Shown: positions 8,278 to 15,565 of the stretch, piece after piece
Layout: every line of letters starts with the position of its first letter
Numbering within the stretch: the stretch's first letter is position 1
IMG/VR virus record: IMGVR_UViG_3300037424_000314
Span: 1-51,507 of that record
DNA from: a virus
DNA: 51,507 nucleotides
Direction: 5' to 3' (one strand)
Notes under the pieces: generated by a model
What the model was told of the DNA's origin: nothing
Databases searched by the model: none
What the model saw: only the letters and a program-made list of their open reading frames with translations
Made by a program: the position numbers and the translations under genes

Positions 8278-8741
8278 CGGGTCAACCTCCTGTCCCCGGC
8301 GAGCAGGCGCCCACCACGGTTACGGAGGTTGTGCCAGGCGCATGCCTTGCACATCGGGTACACACGCTTATCTTTCTCGTGCCACACGAGCGCCTCCGCC
8401 GGCGCACCGCACATGATGTATGTAGAGACGGAGCGTGGGCTGGCCTCCTGGCAGTCAATTCCCTCCAGGTTTAGGCTGATCGGTTCATAGGTCATTGGGT
8501 CCACCTCGTTCGTCCGCTGCAGCCGCTCACGTAACAGCTTGGTTGTGATGCCCCTCATGGTTTCTCTCCTTTGTTTGTTGTCATGCCCCACTCCTCCCCC
8601 ATCAATCAGGGTGTCTTCTGACCCACACCTAGGGCAATCGATCAGGTCCTCAAACACGTGACCATTGGTCTCCTTGACGTACCGCCCCCTTACCTCCCAC
8701 CGATGTTTACAGTTCATGCACTCTAGCATGTACCACATCAT
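8274..8741 (-). CDS. Zinc-ribbon protein (155 aa)
   Basis: The ATG at 8741 follows AAGGAGG and overlaps the upstream stop by 1 nt (TGATG). Motifs CMNCKHRW...CPRCGS and CKACAWH. Confidence 0.65.
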   Translation of the reverse strand: MMWYMLECMNCKHRWEVRGRYVKETNGHVFEDLIDCPRCGSEDTLIDGGGVGHDNKQRRETMRGITTKLLRERLQRTNEVDPMTYEPISLNLEGIDCQEASPRSVSTYIMCGAPAEALVWHEKDKRVYPMCKACAWHNLRNRGGRLLAGDRRLTR

Positions 8742-8953
8742 CAGTCCTCCTTTGGCCGTATGGGCTCCTGGCACCATGTTTCGCACTCCTCCACATCTAA
8801 CCGCCCACAGGTATTACAGATCCCGTACTGATGCCCATGCCTACATACGGCACCCACCACGTACCGCTGCACTCCCACACCGATGTCTACCTCCTCATAG
8901 ATCAGCTCCAACTCACCCTGACACAGTGGGCAATGTTTAAGGATGTCAGTCAT
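8741..8953 (-). CDS. Zinc-ribbon protein (70 aa)
   Basis: The ATG at 8953 lies 6 nt after GGGGAGG. Motifs CPLCQGE...CRHGH...CNTCG. Confidence 0.6.
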   Translation of the reverse strand: MTDILKHCPLCQGELELIYEEVDIGVGVQRYVVGAVCRHGHQYGICNTCGRLDVEECETWCQEPIRPKED

Positions 8954-9057
8954 CAGCACCTCCCCTCGCGTCTGATAAACCAGGCGCCTACCACCGGTCC
9001 AACGTGATAGTCCGCCTCATCCGGATACCAGCAGTAGCACAGCCACCAGGTGCTCAT
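8953..9057 (-). CDS. 34-aa Trp/Cys-rich micro-ORF coupled to both neighbours
   Basis: Hand translation gives MSTWWLCYCWYPDEADYHVGPVVGAWFIRREGRC. Its ATG overlaps the upstream stop (ATGA at 9054-9057) and its TGA overlaps the downstream ATG (TGATG at 8951-8955). Confidence 0.45.
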   Translation of the reverse strand: MSTWWLCYCWYPDEADYHVGPVVGAWFIRREGRC

Positions 9058-9335
9058 GACGTGTACCCACAGTAGTAGCACCACCGCTCCTGGTCAGGTG
9101 TCGGCGCGTGCAGGTAATACATCCCGCCCCGCTGGCGGCATGCCGGGCATCTCATAAACGTGTTTAGCTTGGCGTGCCGCCTGAGCATCTTCTGGTGCGC
9201 GGCCTTCTTGGGCGGCACCTCCGTCGTCACCAGCTGCAGGCGATCTCGCTGATTCTTCCAAGCCACAGGCGACGCACACTGACAAGCGAATCCGCCACAG
9301 GTACAAGCTAATGCTTGCCGCCATGAGCTAGACAT
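9054..9335 (-). CDS. Cys-rich zinc-finger-like protein (93 aa)
   Basis: The ATG at 9335 is preceded by AAGGGGGTGG. Motifs CTCGGFACQC, CPACRQ, CYYCG. Confidence 0.6.
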   Translation of the reverse strand: MSSSWRQALACTCGGFACQCASPVAWKNQRDRLQLVTTEVPPKKAAHQKMLRRHAKLNTFMRCPACRQRGGMYYLHAPTPDQERWCYYCGYTS

Positions 9336-9570
9336 GGTCCACCCCCTTCATCGGGCCGTAGTAAAGGACCTCGCCAGCATTGTTGGGGAGCCTGATGAGC
9401 AGCTCCTCAGAGTTACTGAACATGATACGGGTGGCGCGACCACGCTGTCTAAAGTAGACCTTAAGACGATTCAACTCAGCCAAGCATACATGGATCTCTA
9501 CCCGGCCACACACCGCCTGGAGACCAGGGTGTTTCAGCTCCTCTTGCCGTACAACTCGTGGCTCTGCCAT
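9328..9570 (-). CDS. First gene of the leftward arm, hypothetical (80 aa)
   Basis: The ATG at 9570 is preceded by TAAGGAGATAACC. It lies ~25 nt downstream of the predicted transcription start of the promoter at 9602-9631. The longer ORF-track start (9657) would lie upstream of that promoter. Confidence 0.6.
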   Translation of the reverse strand: MAEPRVVRQEELKHPGLQAVCGRVEIHVCLAELNRLKVYFRQRGRATRIMFSNSEELLIRLPNNAGEVLYYGPMKGVDHV

Positions 9571-9601
9571 GGTTATCTCCTTATCCTGATTTACTGTAGA
9601 C

Positions 9602-9631
9602 ATTATATTAAATGCAGACGTCTGGTGTACA
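9602..9631 (-). promoter_or_regulatory. Leftward early promoter TGTACA-N18-TATAAT containing a 10-bp palindrome
   Basis: The reverse complement of 9602-9607 is TATAAT, TGTACA is at 9626-9631, and the spacer is 18 nt. The spacer contains the perfect palindrome CAGACGTCTG (9615-9624). The extended -10 context TTAATATAATGT is shared with the promoter at 48758-48786. Confidence 0.55.
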
Positions 9632-10191
9632 TACGGCAGGACAAATATATTTCTCACCCTCTACGCTGATGCCCCGCAACCAAACTTAACTCTCAGGCAG
9701 TTGAGTGACCCTGTCACCCCTCACTGCCTAAGCGAGGGGTCTCTTGATGATGAAGACATGATCAGAGGTGTGCCCTCCTTACCATGTGGCGGAGGCTACT
9801 ACAAGAGTAGTGTGTTGTCGTATAGAAAAAAATACGTTTTTTTCGAAAACATTTGTTTGCCAAAAACGTTTTTACGACGGACTGCAGCTCTATCCGCTTC
9901 TTACTAAACTATGCTTACGTTGATTACATTTGATCTCTAGCGTCGAAGTGTTGTTCAAGGTGCAAGTGAGTGAGGCAAGCCGATTTTAACAGGAAGGTTA
10001 CGACGAAAGGAGTAAATCGCTGCCATTGGAACGTTTTTCGTTCTTTTTGACACAGGAATGTTACGATCGTTCAATTAACGTACACCACCGGCATCTAGAC
10101 AACTGCGATGGGTAATAGACGTAACATAGCTAGGCCGTCGAGCGTGCCGCTTTTGCACAAAAACGGTTGCAGGATGAAAAGTCATGGGTTT

Positions 10192-10208
10192 TGTAACGAA
10201 TCGTTACA
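10192..10208. repeat. Perfect 17-bp palindrome TGTAACGA-A-TCGTTACA
   Basis: Read directly. Each half-site (GTAACGA) is the same motif found as single copies (GTTACGA) at 9997, 10060 and 10441. Confidence 0.8.
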
Positions 10209-10355
10209 TCCGATAGCTGACGCGATACGATCATAGACTTAAATGACTGTTCTGCAGCTGTGCCCCGAAAGCGACCGCTTAAAAGTCTTTAATCGTAAAG
10301 GTTAAGGGGGAGGCACTGCAGTTCAGTGTTGACATAAATTTACGCATCTATAAGC

Positions 10356-10364
10356 TGCTATGAT
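10356..10364 (+). promoter_or_regulatory. Candidate extended -10 element TGCTATGAT
   Basis: TGnTATGAT motif. A TTGACA hexamer at 10329-10334 is badly spaced (24 nt), so only the extended -10 is supported. Confidence 0.3.
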
Positions 10365-10638
10365 ACGATGATTACGTCAGAGCATTGCGCGGGAGTTTAT
10401 GACCTATGTATTGAACGACGCATCATTACATACAGGCTACGTTACGATGATTAGGTTATATTCATAGCGCCTATAGACCATAATTCATTATAAATTTGCG
10501 GCAGGCGACCGTTGCAATTGGTATCCAAAAGGGCCGTAGGTTACCATTAGCTTGGTTAACGCCTTTTATTTGCTATGTGAGGCTGATGATCCTAGACCCG
10601 AGATCGTGAAAAAATATGTGTACTTGCACAAAATTTCA

Positions 10639-10647
10639 TGGTATGAT
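10639..10647 (+). promoter_or_regulatory. Candidate extended -10 element TGGTATGAT upstream of the first rightward gene
   Basis: TGnTATGAT lies 47 nt upstream of the ATG at 10694. It has the same 9-mer form as the element at 10356. Confidence 0.35.
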
Positions 10648-10693
10648 TATCCCAACATGCGGCAATCCAGCCCCATGAACAAGGAGAATAACC

Positions 10694-11095
10694 ATGGCAC
10701 GCATCTACACACCAACACAGGTCCTCACCACGTCACCAGTGGGACAGCTTCGTCTGATCCAGAACGCATTCACGGATCTGAAGGGTGGGACCGTGAAGGA
10801 GATCACTGAGCATGTGGTCAAGGGCGGTCTCGTCACCAAGCAGGATCCTACCCGAGTGGTCATGTTCTACATGATCCACCTCAGCAAGTTAGGTAAGGTC
10901 AAGGAGATCACGGAGACGGAGCTCGTCACACTGAGGGGTAATGGTAAGGATAAACTGACAGAGATTGTCACTGACCGCAAGGGAAAGAAATGGGCCAAGT
11001 TCTCTACCGATCCTGTTCGCGGTGGGGAGTATACAGGACCCATGACCAAGAAGACCGCTACGAAGAAGACCACTTCCAAAACCACCAGCCGCTAA
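10694..11095 (+). CDS. Small DNA-binding-like protein: winged-helix-like module (paralogue A) plus a Lys/Thr-rich basic tail
   Basis: The ATG is preceded by AAGGAGAATAACC. Residues 17-72 (GQLRLIQNAFTDLKGGTVKEITEHVVKGGLVTKQDPTRVVMFYMIHLSKLGKVKEI) align with segments of genes 47741..48343 and 48365..48715. The C-terminus is TKKTATKKTTSKTTSR. Confidence 0.65.
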   Translation: MARIYTPTQVLTTSPVGQLRLIQNAFTDLKGGTVKEITEHVVKGGLVTKQDPTRVVMFYMIHLSKLGKVKEITETELVTLRGNGKDKLTEIVTDRKGKKWAKFSTDPVRGGEYTGPMTKKTATKKTTSKTTSR

Positions 11096-11106
11096 TCCTA
11101 CCTAAA

Positions 11107-11128
11107 GGGGAGACCATCAGGTCTCCCC
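11107..11128 (+). terminator. Perfect 9-bp GC-rich hairpin after gene 10694..11095
   Basis: GGGGAGACC-atca-GGTCTCCCC, 12 nt after the stop. It is followed by tctccctt, a weak pyrimidine tract and not a clean U-run. Confidence 0.45.
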
Positions 11129-11501
11129 TCTCCCTTGCCAGATAATCCGTTACAATCCTGTACTGCCACCGTTTGCCAGTCAACTCACGCACTGCCCTAT
11201 TCTGTCAGTTTGTGGGTGATCCTGGAAGGGCCCGGCTCCCAAAACCGGCGATCGGCCCACCTCACGCAAGCCGTCCCCGTAATTTTGCCGATGTTTCCAG
11301 GAATGGTTCGGGGTAGTTAAACCCACAGCCATCGATTCGTATCTCTCTCCAGCTGTTATGGGGCCCAACCTCACTCACTCACTATCTTCTCCGGTAAGGT
11401 TTATCCAAGGATCACCGCTTGCGGTGCCTGAGTCTTGGATCGGGCCTACAGTTCCTGCGGAACAGTAAGGTTAAATAAATTTAACCTAGCAAAAATTGTT
11501 G

Positions 11502-11531
11502 TTTACAGAAGACTCTACCTACGCCTACAAT
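11502..11531 (+). promoter_or_regulatory. Sigma70-like promoter TTTACA-N18-TACAAT for the structural/packaging arm
   Basis: TTTACA at 11502-11507, TACAAT at 11526-11531, 18-nt spacer. The -35 context TTGTTTACA matches the promoter at 48758-48786. An 8-bp hairpin (AGGTTAAA-taaa-TTTAACCT, 11468-11487) lies upstream. Confidence 0.5.
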
Positions 11532-11613
11532 CTTCAGCCATAGGTGACGTTGTCATCAGTAGGGCTGAAGACCGAGTCGGAGACACGGTTAACGGAGAGA
11601 TAGGAAGGGGGAG

Positions 11614-12315
11614 GTGGTCCCTGTGTTACGCGCCCGTGCGTTTCCAGACCAGGAGAGAAAGACGCGCAAATCAAAGTTCTTACGCGAGGCACGCAAGTCT
11701 GAGAAGCAGAAGATGATCGACTCATTGCCGGCAGATCAACGACCTCACCAGGTTGCACCTGAGAAGATCGTGGCATTTCGGTTCGATCAGGAGCTGATCA
11801 GACGGTTGGTGCTCAGACAACCGCTGCCAAAGATCATCGCGGCGATGGGTGGGAAGGAGATCGAGCCACTCGTTCATGCAAGGCTTGGTGACCACGACTT
11901 CAGGGAGAGCCTAAACGAGTACACCCTCGGTGGGGTGCAGCGGCTGGAGGCGGAGATTCAGGACTCCCTCAAGGAGCTGCAGATGATCCTCCGCCTCTCA
12001 GCTGATGAGATGATGCACATCACCTTGGAGATCGCCCGTCGTAAGAACGCCAAGGATAGTGATCGGCTGGCCGCGGTGAATATGGTTATGGATCGCGCCC
12101 ACGCCCTCGTGCCCGCGCGCGTAAACGCTGGGGACAATGGCAAGGGTGGCAATGTGTTTAACTTCGGTGCCGATGTCGTGAATAAGGTGATGGACGCCTT
12201 CAAGGAGATGGCCGGGCCGCAGACGCGCTTGGTGCCCGCTGAGAGGACGGTGGGTTCGATGTCGGTGGAGGAGCGTGATGAGTTACGCCAGCTGGCGACG
12301 GATGATCAGGGGTAG
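11614..12315 (+). CDS. terS: Putative terminase small subunit
   Basis: 233-aa ORF ending 2 nt before the large terminase gene. It has a basic N-terminus and a helical body. The call rests on position and size only. The start is uncertain (GTG 11614, GTG 11623 or ATG 11713). Confidence 0.5.
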   Translation: MVPVLRARAFPDQERKTRKSKFLREARKSEKQKMIDSLPADQRPHQVAPEKIVAFRFDQELIRRLVLRQPLPKIIAAMGGKEIEPLVHARLGDHDFRESLNEYTLGGVQRLEAEIQDSLKELQMILRLSADEMMHITLEIARRKNAKDSDRLAAVNMVMDRAHALVPARVNAGDNGKGGNVFNFGADVVNKVMDAFKEMAGPQTRLVPAERTVGSMSVEERDELRQLATDDQG

Positions 12316-12317
12316 GC

Positions 12318-13907
12318 ATGACCACGGCCCCGAATATCCACGATCCGTATGAATTTGCGATGCGGATGAAGTGGATGGGGCTTGCCTCACTTTACTTCTT
12401 TGCGAAGGTGATATTCAAGTATGATAAGCTGGTGCCTCACCTACACCAGCCGTTGTGCAACACCTTACAGCGGTCCCTGGGAAAGACCGTGGTTGAGATC
12501 CCTAGGGGCCACTTTAAGACGACGGTGGCCTCGAAGTCGCTACCAACGTGGCGAGCCCTCCCGATGGAGGACGAGGTCATCGAGTATGCGCTTAAAAGAG
12601 GGTGGACAACCCCTGAAGAGGTTGAGCAGCTTCGAGCGGTGCATAACCCTAATGTCCGCGTCCTCGTTATTAGCAGCACTGAGACGAATGCAAAAAAGAT
12701 CCTTAGATCAACGAGGCAGCAGTTTGAGTCGAATGCACTGTTCCGCAGCCTCTGGCCAGACCTGCTGCCGAATGAGAAATGCCGGTGGACGGACACCGAG
12801 CTAGAGTTTAACCGGACTGAGAAGTTTAGTGAGTCGACGGTTGAGGCGATCGGCGTGGGGTCGGCGCTCCAGTCAAGACACTATGATATCATGATTGAGG
12901 ATGATCTCGTGGGCATCGATGCCATGGGGTCTGAGACGGTCATGAAGAAGGTCATAGACTATCACGTGCTGCTTGAGGGCGCGTTTGACGACCCAGACCG
13001 TAGTGAGTCACTGGTTATTGGGAACCGGTGGGCATTTAATGACCTGAACTCCTGGATACGTGAGAATGAGCTCGACTATGAGTTTATCACACGATCGGCG
13101 ATTGAGGACGGGAAGGTCATCTTTCCGGAGAGGTTCAGCCTCAAGGGCCTCGCGAGGATCAGAAGGAAGCAGGGGGATTACTTTTACTCCTGTCAGTACC
13201 TCAATAATCCGATCGCGCCGGGCGCCCATGACTTCGAGCCCGAGTGGCTACGATCCTTTACCGTTGAGTTAGAGGCCAAGCCAAATGCTGCCGCAAATGC
13301 CCAAAAGGTGGAGGTTTACGTCCGGGATGATGGGAAGCGTACTTACCTTGGTAAGCTTAATCGCTTTGTGCTGGTTGACCCAGCTCGTGAGGGTAAGCGC
13401 GGTAAGGCGCGCCATGCCGTGGTCGTGGTTGGGGTGGATACAGCTGAAGACCATTGGATTCTGTACGCGTGGGCGGAGCGTGGCTCGACCGATGCGATGA
13501 TGGAGAAGGCGTTCTATGCCTATGAGAGGTTCAAGTGTCAGCGATGCGGGATTGAGGGTTATGGGGGAGACCAGCATCTGCAGAACTACATGAACTACAA
13601 GGCCCGCGTTGAGAAGAAGAAGATGAAGGTGGTGGTATTTAAGAAGTCGACGGACAAGAGCAAGGAGGAGAGGATCAGGGCAACACAACCACGGTTTGAG
13701 CGCAAGTCAGTCGCGATCGTGGACTCTGACACTGAGTTCAGAAAAGAATACCTGCAGTTCCCCTCGGGGGTCACGGTTGACCTCCTCGACGCCTACTCTC
13801 ACGCTGATGAGATCTGTAGGCGTCCAGTTGGGGAAGATGAATATGAGATTGTGAGGAAACGGATCAATGCACTACAAAACTCAGTCAGCAAGACATCGGG
13901 GTATTGA
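12318..13907 (+). CDS. terL: Terminase large subunit
   Basis: 529 aa. ATPase-type motifs HFKTTVASK, VLVISSTETNAKK and DIMIEDDLVG. Also NRWAFNDL and a C-terminal nuclease-type acidic motif (VDLLDAYSHADE). The pattern is typical of Terminase_6-like large subunits. Confidence 0.85.
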   Translation: MTTAPNIHDPYEFAMRMKWMGLASLYFFAKVIFKYDKLVPHLHQPLCNTLQRSLGKTVVEIPRGHFKTTVASKSLPTWRALPMEDEVIEYALKRGWTTPEEVEQLRAVHNPNVRVLVISSTETNAKKILRSTRQQFESNALFRSLWPDLLPNEKCRWTDTELEFNRTEKFSESTVEAIGVGSALQSRHYDIMIEDDLVGIDAMGSETVMKKVIDYHVLLEGAFDDPDRSESLVIGNRWAFNDLNSWIRENELDYEFITRSAIEDGKVIFPERFSLKGLARIRRKQGDYFYSCQYLNNPIAPGAHDFEPEWLRSFTVELEAKPNAAANAQKVEVYVRDDGKRTYLGKLNRFVLVDPAREGKRGKARHAVVVVGVDTAEDHWILYAWAERGSTDAMMEKAFYAYERFKCQRCGIEGYGGDQHLQNYMNYKARVEKKKMKVVVFKKSTDKSKEERIRATQPRFERKSVAIVDSDTEFRKEYLQFPSGVTVDLLDAYSHADEICRRPVGEDEYEIVRKRINALQNSVSKTSGY

Positions 13908-13908
13908 T

Positions 13909-14334
13909 ATGACCTACATCAAGACCTGCAGGTTGACCATCGTGATTGCCAGCATCATCATGCTGCTTCTACTGTTATCCGCGCGCGCCCACGCGCAGAC
14001 GAGCGCGCCTACGATGAGCGTGAAGAGGGGCGTCGGGGACACCACAATATTTCTCTGGGACTTTGCCGTTGAGGATGAGGTCTCAGTCACTGAATTTATT
14101 CTTCGTTGGACAGATGACCTGACCAAGACGACGATCGCGCTGAAGTCGGTTGCCAAGAATCTCAGGACCACGACCATCAGTGCCTCGTTCACCCCTGGGT
14201 TCAAATTCACCTACTACAACATTGTTGCCGTCGTCAAGGATGCCACTGGCGTCATTACATGGACCTCAGCAACTAGTAATACCGTGTCCACCGAGCGGGT
14301 GGGGCGGCCACCTACAAATCTACGTTATCAATAA
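13909..14334 (+). CDS. Exported FN3/Ig-like protein with a cleavable Sec-type signal peptide
   Basis: MTYIKTCRLTIVIASIIMLLLLLSARAHA/QTS shows an n-h-c signal-peptide architecture with an AHA-Q cleavage motif. The mature part is a ~110-aa all-beta-looking domain ending in a PPTNLRY motif typical of FN3 boundaries. Confidence 0.6.
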   Translation: MTYIKTCRLTIVIASIIMLLLLLSARAHAQTSAPTMSVKRGVGDTTIFLWDFAVEDEVSVTEFILRWTDDLTKTTIALKSVAKNLRTTTISASFTPGFKFTYYNIVAVVKDATGVITWTSATSNTVSTERVGRPPTNLRYQ

Positions 14335-14345
14335 GGAGGAAGGAC

Positions 14346-15200
14346 ATGGATCTGACGTTTCCTAGTTTGGTCCCCAACCCTCTCACTGGTGTGCTCGAGG
14401 TTAAGAGCGTGCCGGTGCAGGTTGGGTTCCCGTTTGCCAGAACAGCTTGGTATGTTGGCACCGGCCAGCAAATCGAGACCATTGAAGAGCTGTTCAACGT
14501 CATTCAGCCAAATGACGTGGCATTCTTGGCACCGCAGCGGTTTGAGGAAACTGGCCTGGTGCTTGACAAGTCAGGTGTCTCACTGATCGGTTACGGCTTT
14601 GACCTCGGTGGTCGAGGTTCGGCCTTTATTGAGCCGGGTGGGGTAAATGATCCAGGTCTCTCAATCGAGGCCGATGACGTGACCCTGATCAATGTGGGGG
14701 TCGCGGGCAAGGGCACCGCGGCCTACGCCCTACAGGTTGCGGATGACATCGCCCGCTTTAGGGCGTATCGCTGCAAGCTTGAGGGCCCGGATGGTGTGGC
14801 CGTTCGCCTGGTTGGGACGGGCGATGCCATGTTTGATGATTGTGAATTTTGCTGGTGCGGTATTGGGGTGGACTTTGTTGGTGGTCTTACTGACTTCCCA
14901 ACCCAGACACTCATCCGCCGGTCACGTTTCCACAACATTGTCACCGCCCACCTCCGCGGGACAGGTGGGACTGGAGTGAACGTGAACACCGAGCTCATCG
15001 ACAACTTCCATGATAAGGCAGAGGATGGGACCGCCCCAACCGACTTCTTGTTGCTGGATGCCGCAACCTCATCGGGTCTCGTCAGCGGCTGTCGGTTTGC
15101 TACCCCCACAAATGACGCTGCGCTCTTAACGATCGCGGCGGACATCATGTGGATGGCCAATGCCACAGAGGCTGGCTGGTCTACCGCACGGCCTGCATAG
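14346..15200 (+). CDS. Right-handed parallel beta-helix repeat protein (pectate-lyase-fold, candidate glycan-degrading or binding virion protein)
   Basis: 284 aa, SD AAGGAGGAAGG. Repetitive ~22-aa Gly/Val/Asp-rich turns (VSLIGYGFD, VTLINVGVAG, FRAYRCKLEG, AMFDDCEFCW, TLIRRSRFHN, TELIDNFHD) are typical of beta-helix coils. Confidence 0.55.
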   Translation: MDLTFPSLVPNPLTGVLEVKSVPVQVGFPFARTAWYVGTGQQIETIEELFNVIQPNDVAFLAPQRFEETGLVLDKSGVSLIGYGFDLGGRGSAFIEPGGVNDPGLSIEADDVTLINVGVAGKGTAAYALQVADDIARFRAYRCKLEGPDGVAVRLVGTGDAMFDDCEFCWCGIGVDFVGGLTDFPTQTLIRRSRFHNIVTAHLRGTGGTGVNVNTELIDNFHDKAEDGTAPTDFLLLDAATSSGLVSGCRFATPTNDAALLTIAADIMWMANATEAGWSTARPA

Positions 15201-15229
15201 GTCATTCAGGTCCGTCATGGAGGTGTTGA

Positions 15230-15565
15230 ATGTTAAGGTACACGTTTGATCCCTTCGTGGCGGACTTTGCCGCATCTGCCCTTGCGGCTGACTTTGTCAA
15301 GCAGGTAGGTCTCTGGAATAACGCGGTCCCACTGATCGCCATCAACATTACCCCGATTGTTTTAGAGCCAGATAAGTATCGGTGGAAGACGGACATGGTG
15401 GACGGGCGGAGCTGGATTGTGAACGTCTCAGGGACCCAGCTTAAATTGATCTCATCTGATTATTTCACTGGGGCAGAGGTCTCGCTATTTACCCCGGTGA
15501 GGCAGCTTGTTCAGGCCATGTTGGCCATTGGCATCGGCACTACCAGGATAAAGGTGGAGTTCTGA
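15230..15565 (+). CDS. Hypothetical protein (111 aa)
   Basis: The ATG is preceded by GGAGGTG. No family recognised. Confidence 0.6.
   Translation: MLRYTFDPFVADFAASALAADFVKQVGLWNNAVPLIAINITPIVLEPDKYRWKTDMVDGRSWIVNVSGTQLKLISSDYFTGAEVSLFTPVRQLVQAMLAIGIGTTRIKVEF

Larger units (their letters stand above)
9916..10453 (+). repeat. Three dispersed copies of the 11-mer TACG(A/T)TGATTA (iteron-like)
   Basis: Copies at 9916-9926 (TACGTTGATTA), 10364-10374 (TACGATGATTA) and 10443-10453 (TACGATGATTA), all in the same orientation. Confidence 0.6.
9658..10693. promoter_or_regulatory. ~1-kb non-coding divergent control region (candidate origin/operator region)
   Basis: No ORF has a credible start or SD. 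It lies between the two divergent arms. It contains an A/T-rich segment with three ACGTTTTT copies (9834, 9866, 10031) and at least 8 TACGA-core motifs (9872, 9998, 10061, 10195/10201 inverted, 10226, 10364, 10443). It also has three copies of an 11-mer, a 17-bp palindrome and an imperfect hairpin at 9695-9729. Confidence 0.7.

Noticed and set aside
9701-9907. 68-aa ORF in the control region
   Set aside because: It has a non-ATG start and no SD. It runs through the A/T-rich ACGTTTTT repeats, and its sequence is low-complexity. The region is better explained as regulatory DNA.
10329-10354. TTGACA (10329-10334) with TATAAG (10349-10354) as a consensus-like promoter
   Set aside because: The spacer is only 14 nt, which is incompatible with sigma70 geometry. 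Only the downstream extended -10 (TGCTATGAT) was kept, at low confidence.
11135-11716. Short ORFs (11135..11320 +, 11180..11374 -, 11435..11716 +) in the gap before terS
   Set aside because: None has an SD, they overlap each other, and their translations are Arg/Ser/Pro-rich. The last one runs through the predicted promoter and into the terS frame region. I treat the stretch as non-coding.
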